Assembly: GCA_044222475.1 (NCBI GenBank)
Contig: JBGANF010000048.1
Location: 1-51,404 of the forward strand
Length of the DNA stretch: 51,404 bases
Direction: 5' to 3'
Source of the DNA: Polyangiaceae bacterium
GTDB taxonomy: Bacteria > Myxococcota_A > Polyangia > Polyangiales > Polyangiaceae
The position numbers were made by a program, and so were the translations under genes. The notes beneath the pieces are model-generated. The model was not told where the DNA came from and ran no database searches. It saw nothing but the letters and a program-made list of their open reading frames with translations. Each line of letters begins with the position of its first letter. Positions within the stretch are counted from its first letter, which is position 1. Shown here in pieces: positions 37,920 to 48,155 of this stretch.

Positions 37920-39632
37920 TCACGGGCCCGGAGCGCAGCGGATGCCGGTCGCGCGGACCTCGAACGCGGGAGCCGCCGCGGACAAGAACGCGATCACCCC
38001 GCGACCATCGGGCAGCACCGCGGCGCAGCCTTGGCCCGCGTGCACGCCCGCGCCAGAGACCTCGATCGTGTTTCCGCGCGGCGTGCCGTCGTTCGCGAGC
38101 ACATGTGCGCGCACCTGCTGTCCTCCCATCGGCCCTTCGGTCCACACGAGGAGGAACGATCCGTCGGCGAGCGCGGTGAGGTTCGGCGACATCACGTTCT
38201 CGCCCAGCCCGCCGGTCGGCACCGCGAACGACTGCGCGACGGGGTCCGTGCCTTCCGTCCAGACGAACCACCGCAGGCCCCACGGCGCGCTCTTGTCGGC
38301 GCGGTCGGCCCACGCGACGATCACCTTGCCGCCTGCCATCGCGATCGCCGGCGAGCCGATCTGCGGACCCAAGCCGGCGACGTGCACCGGTCCAGCCGGA
38401 GTGAGCTCGGCCCCCTTCGCGAGGCCGACCCAGATCGCACCGTCGTAGCGGTAGGCGATCGCGATCGACCCGTCGCTCGCGGCGCCGCGCGTCGCTTCGA
38501 CCGGTGCGTCGCCGCCGAGCTTCCAGAGCGCCTTCGTCTTCGACGTCCCGTGGGGCGCCCACACGAGCTCTCCGGACTTCGCGCCGACGTCGTACTCGCC
38601 GACGAGACGGCGTCCGCGGATCGCATCGCCGCGCGAGTCGATGTCGATCGCCATCTTGCCGGACGCCATCGGGGTGACGCGTTTGATCGTGTCGCGCGCG
38701 TCGGACGAGTGCGCGCCCGTCGCCGACATCGTCGTCGGGTCGAGCTCGATCGTCATCGCTGCGGTCGCCGTCTTTGCGAACCCGAGCGCGACGAGCGAAT
38801 CCACCGCGACGATCTCGATGCCCGACGCGACGACTGCGCGCGGCGACACGACGTGTGCTTCTCCGGAGACCGAGCAGGAGATCGGCTTCGGCGGCGGCGG
38901 CGTCGCGGATGCCGATGCCGTCGCCGATGCGAGCAGCGCGCTCGAGTCGACCGGAGCGGCGGACTGGGTCGCCGATGCAGACGCCGAGGTCGTCGTCGTC
39001 TCCGAAGAGCTCGACGACGAGATCGCGCGGATGATCACGCCGATGAAGATGAGCAGCACGAGCCCGGTCGCGGATGCGAACGCGATCAACCGCGGACGCG
39101 GTCCCTCGATGATGGCGCGCAGCGGCTCCGGCAGGCGGCTCCGCTGAATCGCGAGCGGCGCTGGCGGCGGATCCGATGCGGTGACCTCGCGCTTTTTGGG
39201 CGGGGGCTCGCTCTTGGTCTTGGGCGGCGCTTCGCTCTTGGTCTTGGGCGGGGGCTCGCTCTTGGTCTCGCTCTTCTTCGCCTCGGGCTCGAGCGCAGGT
39301 ACGCCGATCAGGGTCTTCAACGCGGGCTCTGCCGGTTTCTCCGGCTCGGCGGCCTTCACGGGCTCGGCGGCTTTCGCCGGCGCCGGGGTCCTCACCGGCT
39401 CGGCAGCCTTCACGGGCGCCGCGGCCTTCACGGGCTCGGCGGGCTTCTCCTTCGGCTTGGCCTCCGGCGCGGGCACGTCGATCTGCGGAAGCATCGGCAC
39501 GCCCATGAGCGTGGACGGTTTGTCCTCGGAGATGTCGTCGGCGGAGAGCTCGAGAACGTCAGGTGCACTCTCGGGCTTCTCCGGCTTCTTGGGCTTGCTG
39601 GGAGGGACCGGCGGTTTCTTCGAGATCGCCAT
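37920..39632 (-). CDS. Membrane protein: Pro/Lys-rich N-terminus, one TM helix, extracytoplasmic beta-rich domain
   Basis: ATG lies 7 nt after TACCCT; TLMGVP/TLIGVP motifs; TM GLVLLIFIGVII. Confidence 0.75.
   Translation of the reverse strand: MAISKKPPVPPSKPKKPEKPESAPDVLELSADDISEDKPSTLMGVPMLPQIDVPAPEAKPKEKPAEPVKAAAPVKAAEPVRTPAPAKAAEPVKAAEPEKPAEPALKTLIGVPALEPEAKKSETKSEPPPKTKSEAPPKTKSEPPPKKREVTASDPPPAPLAIQRSRLPEPLRAIIEGPRPRLIAFASATGLVLLIFIGVIIRAISSSSSSETTTTSASASATQSAAPVDSSALLASATASASATPPPPKPISCSVSGEAHVVSPRAVVASGIEIVAVDSLVALGFAKTATAAMTIELDPTTMSATGAHSSDARDTIKRVTPMASGKMAIDIDSRGDAIRGRRLVGEYDVGAKSGELVWAPHGTSKTKALWKLGGDAPVEATRGAASDGSIAIAYRYDGAIWVGLAKGAELTPAGPVHVAGLGPQIGSPAIAMAGGKVIVAWADRADKSAPWGLRWFVWTEGTDPVAQSFAVPTGGLGENVMSPNLTALADGSFLLVWTEGPMGGQQVRAHVLANDGTPRGNTIEVSGAGVHAGQGCAAVLPDGRGVIAFLSAAAPAFEVRATGIRCAPGP
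39198..39441 (-). repeat. Coding tandem repeats (24-bp KTKSEPPP x~3; 18-bp EPVKAA x~5)
   Basis: Repeated gctcttggtcttgggcgg and gccttcacgggc units. Confidence 0.8.
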
Positions 39633-39679
39633 CGGGACGAGGGTACCCCGATCGGCGAGAGGGAGAACAAGAGAGATCG

Positions 39680-40783
39680 CTAACGCTTTTCGCGCTCTCG
39701 GCGCTCCAGCTCGGCGAATCGAGCCTCGAGGTCGCGCTCCTCTTGGTCGAGTAGATCGAGCTCGGGCTCCTCCGACGGGGCCTCTTCGGCGCGCGACGTC
39801 GAAGAACCGATCAGAGCTTCGAGCTTCGAACCGACGTTGCGGGTGGCACGCGCCACCGTCTCGGCCACGGACGCGTGCGTCAGCTCCGCCATGCCCATCG
39901 CGAGCTCGCCCATGGCCGAGAACCCCTTGCCAAGCACCTCGCTCGCCGGACGCGGACTCTCCTGCTGCGGGCGCTCTCTGCGGATCACGAGCCGATCGAT
40001 CAACGCGTCCACGTCGGCGATCGAGCGAGAGCCGCTGCCGACTCCGGTGAGCTCCGCATAGAGGTCCGTCTCCGTGAAGAGCCACTCCGCGTAGCTCCGC
40101 AGGTAGTGCTCGGGGTGAGTCCCATCCCGGATGCTGCCGCCATTCGAGAGCAACTCGTCGGCGAACGTTCGACATTGCGTCAAGTACGCCTGGGTATCGA
40201 GCCGCATGCCGTCGCTCGGTCCGACGACCGAAAGCATCTCGAGTCGCAACACGGCATCGAGGTCGCGGCACGCGAGCAGACCGAAGCGATCCGCCGTGAT
40301 CTCCGCGGCCAACGAGTAGGTGCGCCGCGTGGGCGTGTTCGCCGACTGGGAGGCGCTGAGCGCCCACCCGAACGTCGGGTCCGTGCAGTGCGCGAGCGCG
40401 TGACCGATCTCGTGGCCGATGGCCGCCGTGATCGCTGGACGGTCGTGCATCTCGAGGTAGCGGCCAAGGAACTCGACGCCGATGGGGCTGCCGTAGAGCA
40501 CGAGCCGGACGGTGTCGCCGTGACCTTGGGACCTGAAGAGCTCGAGGCGATCGTCGACGCCGAGCGCGGTCATCGCGTCGCGGCCAGCCGCGCAGGCGTC
40601 CGGCGCCATCGAGTCGGTCAGGAGGAGCGCCTGCGCCATGACCTCGCGCCGATGCGTCGTCGAATCTCGAGGGACGTACTGAAGGCGGGATGCAGGTTCC
40701 TCCCGCTCCAGCGTTTCGCAGGCCGCTCGCTCGGCGCGCACTCGAATGCGCTCGACGTCGATGCGCGACGCAATCAACGGCAT
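39680..40783 (-). CDS. M48 family metallopeptidase
   Basis: GHEIGH, AEITADRFG, THP. Confidence 0.85.
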   Translation of the reverse strand: MPLIASRIDVERIRVRAERAACETLEREEPASRLQYVPRDSTTHRREVMAQALLLTDSMAPDACAAGRDAMTALGVDDRLELFRSQGHGDTVRLVLYGSPIGVEFLGRYLEMHDRPAITAAIGHEIGHALAHCTDPTFGWALSASQSANTPTRRTYSLAAEITADRFGLLACRDLDAVLRLEMLSVVGPSDGMRLDTQAYLTQCRTFADELLSNGGSIRDGTHPEHYLRSYAEWLFTETDLYAELTGVGSGSRSIADVDALIDRLVIRRERPQQESPRPASEVLGKGFSAMGELAMGMAELTHASVAETVARATRNVGSKLEALIGSSTSRAEEAPSEEPELDLLDQEERDLEARFAELERREREKR

Positions 40784-40856
40784 GCCGTCATCGTAGCAAG
40801 TGGGTGTCCGAAAGCGGATCGAGATGGATCACTTCCTGCACTCGCGATCCACCGGC

Positions 40857-41774
40857 TCAGCGGCAGTCGTCGTCCGTGCCGGCGTTCACTCGGCACCCGC
40901 TCGCGCAGGTTCGCACCACGTTTCCGTCGTTCCCACCCGTGCAGCGATAGAGAACGTTCGGGTTCCCCGTCACCTTGTCGCCGCCGCAGTAGTACCCACC
41001 GACGGTGCACCCTCCAGAGCCGCGGCAGATGTCGTCCATGCCGGATCGGACCTTGCACCCGTCGACGCAGAGACCGAGCGACGTCGCCGTGTCATCGAAG
41101 TTGCATCGGTAGAGCTTGTCCGGATTTCCTCCGACCTTGTCGCCGCCGCAGTACGTGCCGCCCGGCTGGCAACCGCCACCCGAGACGCCTCCGCCCGAGT
41201 CTCCGTTCGCGACCGCCTTCACCGCGGCGATCTCCTGTTGCGTGATCGGGCAGTGCGTCTCGATCGCGTTGGAGACGAGACCGTTCCGGCCCGCGTAGAA
41301 CGACTGCACCTGACTCTTCAGCGACGCCTTCATCACGGGCGCGCCGACGTAGATCGCGTGGATGTGCGTCGTGAACGACGGGGGCGTGCGCGAGAACGCA
41401 GCGAACCCGTTCATCCGCAGCGCATGAACGCGGGCGCACGGGCTCGGTCCCGAGACGACGTCGGTGGCGTCGGAGTAGTTGGTTCCGGGCTCGGGACAAT
41501 GCGTGCCGACCGAGTCGGGCGCGTCGCCGAACGTCTGGATGAGCTGACTGTCGCCCACGCCGGCTGCGAGCATCGCGGCGTGCGCGGCGGGGAACATGTA
41601 CTTCGGCGACGACGAGTGGCCACCGGTGTACGGCGCGGGGCAGAAGTGTCCGCTGCCGCCGAGAGCTTCTTCGGCGCCGAGAGGTTCGGCGTCGTCCGTC
41701 GACGAGCACGCGGCGAACGTCGGAGCTGCGAGGAGCGCTGTGGCGACGAGTGCGATGGGGGAGAGCTTGCTCAT
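40857..41774 (-). CDS. Lipoprotein with putative Zn-peptidase-like domain and two Cys-rich repeats
   Basis: Lipobox FAAC; GTH...D...HIH; YCGGDKV.GNP..LYRC x2. Confidence 0.7.
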   Translation of the reverse strand: MSKLSPIALVATALLAAPTFAACSSTDDAEPLGAEEALGGSGHFCPAPYTGGHSSSPKYMFPAAHAAMLAAGVGDSQLIQTFGDAPDSVGTHCPEPGTNYSDATDVVSGPSPCARVHALRMNGFAAFSRTPPSFTTHIHAIYVGAPVMKASLKSQVQSFYAGRNGLVSNAIETHCPITQQEIAAVKAVANGDSGGGVSGGGCQPGGTYCGGDKVGGNPDKLYRCNFDDTATSLGLCVDGCKVRSGMDDICRGSGGCTVGGYYCGGDKVTGNPNVLYRCTGGNDGNVVRTCASGCRVNAGTDDDCR

Positions 41775-41814
41775 GGAGTCATCCCCTTGCGCAGATCGTG
41801 CCAAGCGCCGTGGG

Positions 41815-44800
41815 TCAGGCGGTCGGCAACGACTCGAGGTCGCGCAGAAGCTCGCTCGCCTCGATCGGGGTGAGCACCGCGAGGGGTCTCGCCTCGCCGC
41901 GCTCGACCACGCGCACCAGCCCGAGCTCGTCGGCCGCGGTCTGGCCCCGCGCGTGCACGCCCCTTCGTGCGATGTCGAGCTGAGCCGATCGCAGGCCGAG
42001 CGGCTTTACCATTCTGGTATGATCGCCGTGTTGCCAGCCAGGCCACCCCAGCAGGCCTTCGAGTCGCGCCGCTGCGACGCGCCGGTATGCGAAGCGGCCG
42101 AGCTCGGTCGCGGTGCGCTCCGCGGCCTCGAGCCGGAACGTCGTCCGCTCGATCTGAGGAAACGGCTGGATGATCGCGTAGTCGTGAAAGAGCTGACGCA
42201 GCTTGGCGCGGTCTTCGTCGCTCATCTCGATGGGATGCGCGACCGTGATCGTCGCGGACTCGGCGACGACGAAGGCGGCGTCGTTCGCATCGGCATACGT
42301 GCCGTCCTCGGCGACTCGGAACATGCGCCGGCCCGCCGCCGCAGTCGCCGCGAAGACGAGTCGCCGCGCGAGCTGACCGAGCAACGGGTGTGAGACGACC
42401 GCGCGATGGAATCGCACCTCGTCCCAGGCGCGGCCGGTCGCCATCGCGCGCTCGAAGTGGCCGAGCACGGTCTCGCGGACGTCGTCGAGATCGAGCGCGA
42501 GCGCCTCGAGCGCCTCTTTTGCGCGGGCAGCCTTCTCCGCGTCGTCCTTCTTCGTCGGCTTCGGGAGCTTCGGCACGCGACCTCCGTCGCCACCGAAGAG
42601 CTGCGGCTCCAGATGGTCGTCGAGCTTCACCCGGAACGATCGTGGGCCGTAATCGAGGACGAGCTCGCTCTTCGCGACCTCGAGGCCAGCGAACGCGTCG
42701 TCTTCGAGCGTCGCTCGGGTGACGCCCCGCGTGCGCGAGAGCTCGTCGAGCAGGGCGTCGATCGCCACGTTGCGATCCGCCCACGGGCTCGCGAGCGCGT
42801 GCTTCTGGAGGAGGACGAGGGCGAGCGGCGTGCCCACGCGCGCCAGGACGGCGTACGCGCGGAAGCGCTCCTCCGGCTTCATCTCTCCGCGCTTCGTCGA
42901 CATGAGCGCGTCGAGCTTGCGGACGCATGCATCGCCGCCGAGGTGGGCGATGGCATCCATGGACCACGTCTTCTCGTAGACCTCCCAAGCGAACGCTTCT
43001 CGAGACTCGAGCGTGCATTCTGCACGTAATTCGACGAGCCCAGGGTGGGGCAGCCAGAGAGGGCTCACGGCGAGAAGCTTGCCGATCGTCGGGATGGTCG
43101 ACGGCGGGAGCGGCCCATCGCGCGTCACGAGCACCGGGAGCGATCCGTCTTCGAGCTTCGGATGGAGCTTCGGGAGCGGGTCGGGCAGGCGAGTCCACGG
43201 ATCGCGCTCGAGGATCGCCGACGTGGCCTCGGCTACGTCGGCCCCGTAGCGCGCGGCAGCGGCCTCGACCGACGCGCGATGACCGGCGACGACGAGCCGA
43301 AGAAGCCCAAGCTCGGCGCGAAATCGGCGTTCGAGCTGGACGGCGAACAGCTCGGGCACGAGACCGAGCGCGGAGATCTCGGGATCGGCGAGGAGCCACG
43401 CCTCGTCGTCGTGCCAGCCCCACGCCACGGCTGCGAGACGCGGCGAGCGGAGCGTCGCGATCACGTCGCGATGGCTCTTCATCGGCTTCTTCGTCATCAG
43501 CGCCGCGAGCCCAGGGATCGCGCGCGCGCCGAAGCGAGCGACGGCCCATCCGAGGCCCCACGCCGGAAGACGATCGAGGTGCGCCAGCGCCGCTCCGTCC
43601 GACAGGGCCGCGAAGCGAGCCGGGTCGAGCGCGCCCTTCTCGGCGAGGACGCGCGCGTCGTCGTCGTCGTGGGCGGGCGTCTTCGTCGACTGCGTGCCCT
43701 TCATGCCCTGGGTCGCGATGACCGCCTCTCGATCGACGATCACGTCGAGATTGCGGGCGGGCCACGGCTCCGACCGTTCGAGCCACGGCGGCTTTGCGAG
43801 GCAGCGCGGGAGCGCGACGGATCCCGACGGTGCGTGCGCCGCGACGGCCTGCCGATCGATCTCGATCGCGAGCGCGCGGACGGCCGCCGCCGGCTTGCCG
43901 CGCCCCTGCGCGGCCGCGTCGAGGTGCGGACGAAGCGCAGGGTGGTCCGCGAAGTAGCGCCTCGCCACGTCGGGCGCGAGCGGCGCGGCGGCCGCGATGG
44001 CCTTCGCCGCCTCGGCATCGTCGAAGCATGCGACCGCCGTCGCGATCTGGATCACGTGGCTCGTCTGCTCCTGCTCGAGCGGCTTCGCGAGCAGCGCAAG
44101 GATGCGCTTCAGAGCTCGCTCGGGGGGCGCGCGCACGAGGACCTCGGCGTAGGTCGAGGTACCGAAGAGCCCGCTGCCCGTGAATGGGAGGAGCCCGGTG
44201 AACGACTCTTCCGTGCGCACGTACGGAAGGAGGAGGCGCACGATGGTGGCGGATTCGTGGGCGGACCCGGAGTGGCCGCCTCGGAGGAGCGACTGGGCGT
44301 CCTCTTCCGCCCAGTCCTCGTGACGCAAGGCGCGCGCGAGGGCGGCGCGGATGGTGAGGGACGCGCCAGGCCGGGCCGACTCCGCGAGCGCGACGGCGCG
44401 CGCGCGTACGTCGGGCGATGCGCCGTCGAGACACGACCGAAGCCCCTCGATCCAAGGGACGAGCTGGGGGACGAGGACGACGGCGCGACCGTCGGCCGAG
44501 AGGCGACCGTCCCCGGTCTTGGCCTCGAGCCAGACTCGCGTTGGTGTACCAATTTGGGACACGGCGACGATGGGCGACGGAGACGTCGCCACCTCGAGCA
44601 CCGGCAACAAGCCGTGGGCAGCGGCGAGGGTCGAGCTGACGACCTGCGGAGGATCGAGGCGGACGGCGAGGATCGCTCGCAGCTTCGCGATGGGGTCGTC
44701 CCCGAGGGGTGCTTCGAGCTTCTTCTTCGATCCGAGCGCGGTGACGAGCCACTCCTGAAGCGGGCGGAGCTCCGGCGAGACGCGCTCGAGGCCGGCGGCG

Positions 44801-44901
44801 AGGGCCGTCGGTTTGGCGAGGCGCAAAGGGGCCATGCGCGAGCGGTCGGGGAACGCGGCGTCGCGGAGCTCGTCGGTGACGGAGAGAATCGAGTCGCCCA
44901 T
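41815..44901 (-). CDS. DUF4132 domain protein
   Basis: LDYGPRSFRV...LPKP.KKDD...ERAM..GRAW...HPLL...RRLVF...HPIEM...QPFPQ. Confidence 0.85.
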   Translation of the reverse strand: MGDSILSVTDELRDAAFPDRSRMAPLRLAKPTALAAGLERVSPELRPLQEWLVTALGSKKKLEAPLGDDPIAKLRAILAVRLDPPQVVSSTLAAAHGLLPVLEVATSPSPIVAVSQIGTPTRVWLEAKTGDGRLSADGRAVVLVPQLVPWIEGLRSCLDGASPDVRARAVALAESARPGASLTIRAALARALRHEDWAEEDAQSLLRGGHSGSAHESATIVRLLLPYVRTEESFTGLLPFTGSGLFGTSTYAEVLVRAPPERALKRILALLAKPLEQEQTSHVIQIATAVACFDDAEAAKAIAAAAPLAPDVARRYFADHPALRPHLDAAAQGRGKPAAAVRALAIEIDRQAVAAHAPSGSVALPRCLAKPPWLERSEPWPARNLDVIVDREAVIATQGMKGTQSTKTPAHDDDDARVLAEKGALDPARFAALSDGAALAHLDRLPAWGLGWAVARFGARAIPGLAALMTKKPMKSHRDVIATLRSPRLAAVAWGWHDDEAWLLADPEISALGLVPELFAVQLERRFRAELGLLRLVVAGHRASVEAAAARYGADVAEATSAILERDPWTRLPDPLPKLHPKLEDGSLPVLVTRDGPLPPSTIPTIGKLLAVSPLWLPHPGLVELRAECTLESREAFAWEVYEKTWSMDAIAHLGGDACVRKLDALMSTKRGEMKPEERFRAYAVLARVGTPLALVLLQKHALASPWADRNVAIDALLDELSRTRGVTRATLEDDAFAGLEVAKSELVLDYGPRSFRVKLDDHLEPQLFGGDGGRVPKLPKPTKKDDAEKAARAKEALEALALDLDDVRETVLGHFERAMATGRAWDEVRFHRAVVSHPLLGQLARRLVFAATAAAGRRMFRVAEDGTYADANDAAFVVAESATITVAHPIEMSDEDRAKLRQLFHDYAIIQPFPQIERTTFRLEAAERTATELGRFAYRRVAAARLEGLLGWPGWQHGDHTRMVKPLGLRSAQLDIARRGVHARGQTAADELGLVRVVERGEARPLAVLTPIEASELLRDLESLPTA

Positions 44902-44986
44902 GGGAGGGCTACACAATGTACGAGTTGGGGGAGCGGGAGAATCTGGAAAGTCACAAGGCTCGGCCGTCCGTGCGTACGATGGTGAC

Positions 44987-45376
44987 GTGCACCGCACGTC
45001 CGACTTCTGGCGACCGCTGTGTTCGGCGCTGTCTCCGCTTCGGCCCCGGTCGAGAGCTTCGGTGCGCACGGACGACGGCGCAGAGTGGGAAACCGATTGG
45101 GGCACTCTCCTCACCGTTCCGGTGGAGGGATACCTCGAGGTCTCCGAAGGTCCGTTTCCGCTTCGGTGTGTCGAGTGGGTGCAGCTCGTCGGCGTGACGC
45201 TTCACCAACGCCGGGGCGGAGGTCGCGTCACCGCGACCGACACCTCGGAGACGCTCATTGCCACCTTGCAGCAACTCGGGGTGACGTTCGAGTTTCGCAA
45301 CATCGTTTGGACGCCCCACGCCGAGCTGAGGGATCGCCCGGTCACGGCGGTCCACGTCGACAACCGGATCCGGTGA
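44987..45376 (+). CDS. DUF6678-like hypothetical protein
   Basis: PVEGYLE...GPFPLRCVEWV; GTG lies 6 nt after TACGAT. Confidence 0.6.
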   Translation: MHRTSDFWRPLCSALSPLRPRSRASVRTDDGAEWETDWGTLLTVPVEGYLEVSEGPFPLRCVEWVQLVGVTLHQRRGGGRVTATDTSETLIATLQQLGVTFEFRNIVWTPHAELRDRPVTAVHVDNRIR

Positions 45377-45849
45377 TGAGCTCCATGCTCCCCGACGAGT
45401 GGTTGGCGCGACTCGACGCCGTCCAGCCCGAGGTTTTGCACCGTGCTGCGTCCGGTGCGGCGCTGTCCGCCGTCGTTTTGCTCGGTGAGGTATTCGTAAT
45501 GGCGGCGCCGACGACGAGGAATCGCGCTCTCCGAGAAGTGCGCGCGCGCGTGACCGAGGACGTGCTTCTACGGGCGAGCGTCGAGGCCGACCGTGCACTG
45601 AAGCGCATCCTGCACGTCGTGTCGATCGGCAGCACGTTCAATACGGACGAGATCATCCTGCTCCTCACGCTTCGATTCGAGGTGGAGCTCGCGTCGCCGC
45701 TTCTCGACAAACCGTTCGATCTTCATCGCATCGACGAAGAGCTGCGGGGCTTGGCGCGTTCGCCCGAGAACCACCGGGCGTTCGGGGCTGCGCTCTCGAC
45801 GATCCGAAGGAACTGGAGAGTCCCGATCGAGGACCGGTGGTCGCGATGA
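45376..45849 (+). CDS. Hypothetical protein
   Basis: TGATG coupling upstream and ATGA coupling downstream. Confidence 0.6.
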   Translation: MSSMLPDEWLARLDAVQPEVLHRAASGAALSAVVLLGEVFVMAAPTTRNRALREVRARVTEDVLLRASVEADRALKRILHVVSIGSTFNTDEIILLLTLRFEVELASPLLDKPFDLHRIDEELRGLARSPENHRAFGAALSTIRRNWRVPIEDRWSR

Positions 45850-46301
45850 ACTGGGACGACGTGAAGGACGCGTTCGCGTGGGATGGTTCGCTGCGCGATC
45901 TCTACGTGCTGAACGCGTCCCCTGCTCACTGGACGCGCTGGCTTCAGGCACTGCCGACGTGGCCCTATGGCGTCACGTACTCCATCGACGGTACGCGCGC
46001 GCCCGCGCCGCAGACCGCCGAAGAGGCGTTCGCGGTCCAGCAGGCTAAGCTCCTTTCGATCGACGTCGAGGGTATCCGGATGAACTGTCACTTCTTCAGC
46101 GACGACGTCATCGAGCTCGATCTCGATCCGCGCGAAGTGAGGGGGCCCTACGAGCTCGCAGCGCTCGAGCGATTCATGCGCCGTCTCGGAGTCGTCGTGG
46201 GCTTGCCCGTGAGGATGACTCCAGAGAACGCGAGCGACGGTCCCATCTTCGAGTACGCCCCCGAGACCGACGCGTTCGTCCAAGGTCGCCCGTGGCCATG
46301 A
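45846..46301 (+). CDS. Hypothetical immunity-like protein
   Basis: WDGSLRDLYV...NCHFF..DVIELDLDPREV...MTPEN. Confidence 0.7.
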   Translation: MNWDDVKDAFAWDGSLRDLYVLNASPAHWTRWLQALPTWPYGVTYSIDGTRAPAPQTAEEAFAVQQAKLLSIDVEGIRMNCHFFSDDVIELDLDPREVRGPYELAALERFMRRLGVVVGLPVRMTPENASDGPIFEYAPETDAFVQGRPWP

Positions 46302-46651
46302 GGTCTCCGCCACCCAAAGAGACCCTCCTTCGCGCGGTGAAGCTCGCGCGACACCCGCACGTACGGTTTCCTCAGGTGCGCGAGCGCTTCGGCCTCAGCG
46401 AACGTCGGCTCCGCGAGGCGAAGAAGACCCTCGCGCTCGAAGCGACGTGGACCGACGACGATCTCGTCCTCGCCGCGCTCTACGAGCAGCCCAAAGGGAT
46501 GGCGCCCAGCGCGATCATCGAGTTCATCGATTGGGTCGACCACTCGCGTTGGTCCGACGCGGAGCTCGCGACGCGGCTCGAGAACCTTCGCGGCGCCGGC
46601 GCCGTGATCGAACGCGAGGGCCGCTGGCACCTCGCGCGGCCCTGGCCGTGA
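46298..46651 (+). CDS. Hypothetical protein (winged-helix-like C-terminus)
   Basis: ATGA-coupled; RLENLRGAGAVIEREGRWHL. Confidence 0.6.
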   Translation: MRSPPPKETLLRAVKLARHPHVRFPQVRERFGLSERRLREAKKTLALEATWTDDDLVLAALYEQPKGMAPSAIIEFIDWVDHSRWSDAELATRLENLRGAGAVIEREGRWHLARPWP

Positions 46652-46655
46652 CGCC

Positions 46656-47240
46656 CTACCACTTGATCTCGAGATCGGCGTCGCAGATCGAGTGAAGTCG
46701 GACGCGCACCGTTCCCACCTCACGGAACGCGAGACACCCGCCTTCGAAGAGCCCGACCTGCCACGCGTCGGGCCAGTCCCAGATGTTGCGCAAGCGGGCG
46801 ATCGCGATTCGCTTCTTCGCGTCGATGTCGATCTCGCACGAGCCGGCCGACACGTTGCGGTAGATCGCCGGGATCACCCGAAGGGCCGAAGCGAGCTCGA
46901 CGCCGCCGAGATCGATCAACACGCGGCCCGCGATCGACTTCGCGAACGTCTGGTAGCCCTTCTGCCCCATGCGACGCAGCGCTTCGCGCGGCGGAGATCG
47001 AGGGTGGATCGCCGCCGTCGCCTCGACGAGGAGCTCGAGCCACTCGCGCATCGGCACGTTCTTGAATGCGACCCATCGGCGCGGGTTCTTGGGTGGCTTG
47101 CCAGCGGCCTGCATGTCGTCGGCGAGGGCGTTGAGGTACATGCCCTTGACCCACGCATCGCTCGGGACCTCGCTCAGGCGACGCTCGAGGTAGAGCGGCG
47201 CGCTCCAATCCGGAGTGACGAACGGCGCGTCTTCCGCCAT
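46656..47240 (-). CDS. DUF2378/TIGR02265 myxobacterial family protein
   Basis: VKGMYL...RWVAFKNVP...ALRRMG...FAKSIAGRV...QVGLFEG. Confidence 0.8.
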   Translation of the reverse strand: MAEDAPFVTPDWSAPLYLERRLSEVPSDAWVKGMYLNALADDMQAAGKPPKNPRRWVAFKNVPMREWLELLVEATAAIHPRSPPREALRRMGQKGYQTFAKSIAGRVLIDLGGVELASALRVIPAIYRNVSAGSCEIDIDAKKRIAIARLRNIWDWPDAWQVGLFEGGCLAFREVGTVRVRLHSICDADLEIKW

Positions 47241-47962
47241 CACTTCTTCGAATGAAGGAGCTCTTCGAGCTCGCGCACTCGCGCCTCCGCGGCGCGACGG
47301 GCGTCCGCCTCGGTGGTCGCTCGGGCCTCTGCCGCTTTCGCGCGTTCCTCGGCCATCCGACGTGCTTCGTCGTCGGTGAGGACCCTTCCGTTTCCAGCCT
47401 CGTCGTCGGCGATCGCCAGCGCGCTCGCGAGCTCGCCGAGAGGCGCCACGAGAAACCACTTCCCGAGCGTGATGCACGGTGTGCGCTCGTTCTTGACGAT
47501 GCGTTCCACGAGATCGCCCTCGACTCGATCCCATGCGCGAAGACGCTGCCCGACGGGGGCTTCGATGTCGAAGCAGATCACCTCGCGCACGCCCATCGTG
47601 TGAAACGCTTGGAGCTTCTCGTCGAGGGTGAGCTTTTCCTTCGTCTCGCGCGGACTCAGGATCTCGATGCACAGGTCCGGCGGACCGCTCTCCCACGTCT
47701 TCCACGACGAGAAATCGGCATCGGGAACGCCGAGCCGCACGAACGCGTCCGGCGCGCACTTGCGATCGACTCTGGACGCGTCGAAATAGACGAAGTTGTC
47801 GGCGCCGACGGTGGACCCCGGACCCACCACGCGACGAAGCGCAGCCCAGACGTACACGCACAGCTTGAAGTGCACCGTCGACTGGCCCATCTCCCACTCC
47901 GGATCGTTCGCGAGGAACCGAAGCGGACGTGGAGGGCGGACGTACTCGATCGCCGAAGACAT
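47240..47962 (-). CDS. Uma2/DUF820 family endonuclease-like protein
   Basis: APDAFV...SWKTW..GPPDLCIEILS...GVREV..FD; coiled-coil tail. Confidence 0.88.
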   Translation of the reverse strand: MSSAIEYVRPPRPLRFLANDPEWEMGQSTVHFKLCVYVWAALRRVVGPGSTVGADNFVYFDASRVDRKCAPDAFVRLGVPDADFSSWKTWESGPPDLCIEILSPRETKEKLTLDEKLQAFHTMGVREVICFDIEAPVGQRLRAWDRVEGDLVERIVKNERTPCITLGKWFLVAPLGELASALAIADDEAGNGRVLTDDEARRMAEERAKAAEARATTEADARRAAEARVRELEELLHSKK

Positions 47963-48155
47963 CGTGGGGATCATCGTAGCTCGCTTTCCGCGAAGTAGCT
48001 TCGTCTCGAGGCGGGGATTGCAGACGCCGTGCCGCGTCGAAGTGCCCCATTTTCTCGATGGATTCGCGCGAGTGGAGGTGGCGCGCGCCACTTCGTGCCG
48101 GCGCGGCGCCACTTCGCCGGAGATCGTCAGCCGGCTTGCGATCTCATCGGAGCTC

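Noticed and set aside
39198..39441. Tandem repeats as a CRISPR array or contingency locus
   Set aside because: In-frame low-complexity coding repeats with no unique spacers; no cas genes in the window.
30433..44985. Very long antisense or alternate-frame ORFs (e.g. 30433-33090, 41771-44752, 43045-44985)
   Set aside because: Arg/Ala-rich shadow ORFs expected in high-GC DNA, overlapping well-supported genes.
48078..48120. GTGGCGCGCGCCAC palindrome and repeated gcgccacttcg after lolA
   Set aside because: GC-rich hairpin without a U-tract; could be chance or a REP-like element, with too little support.
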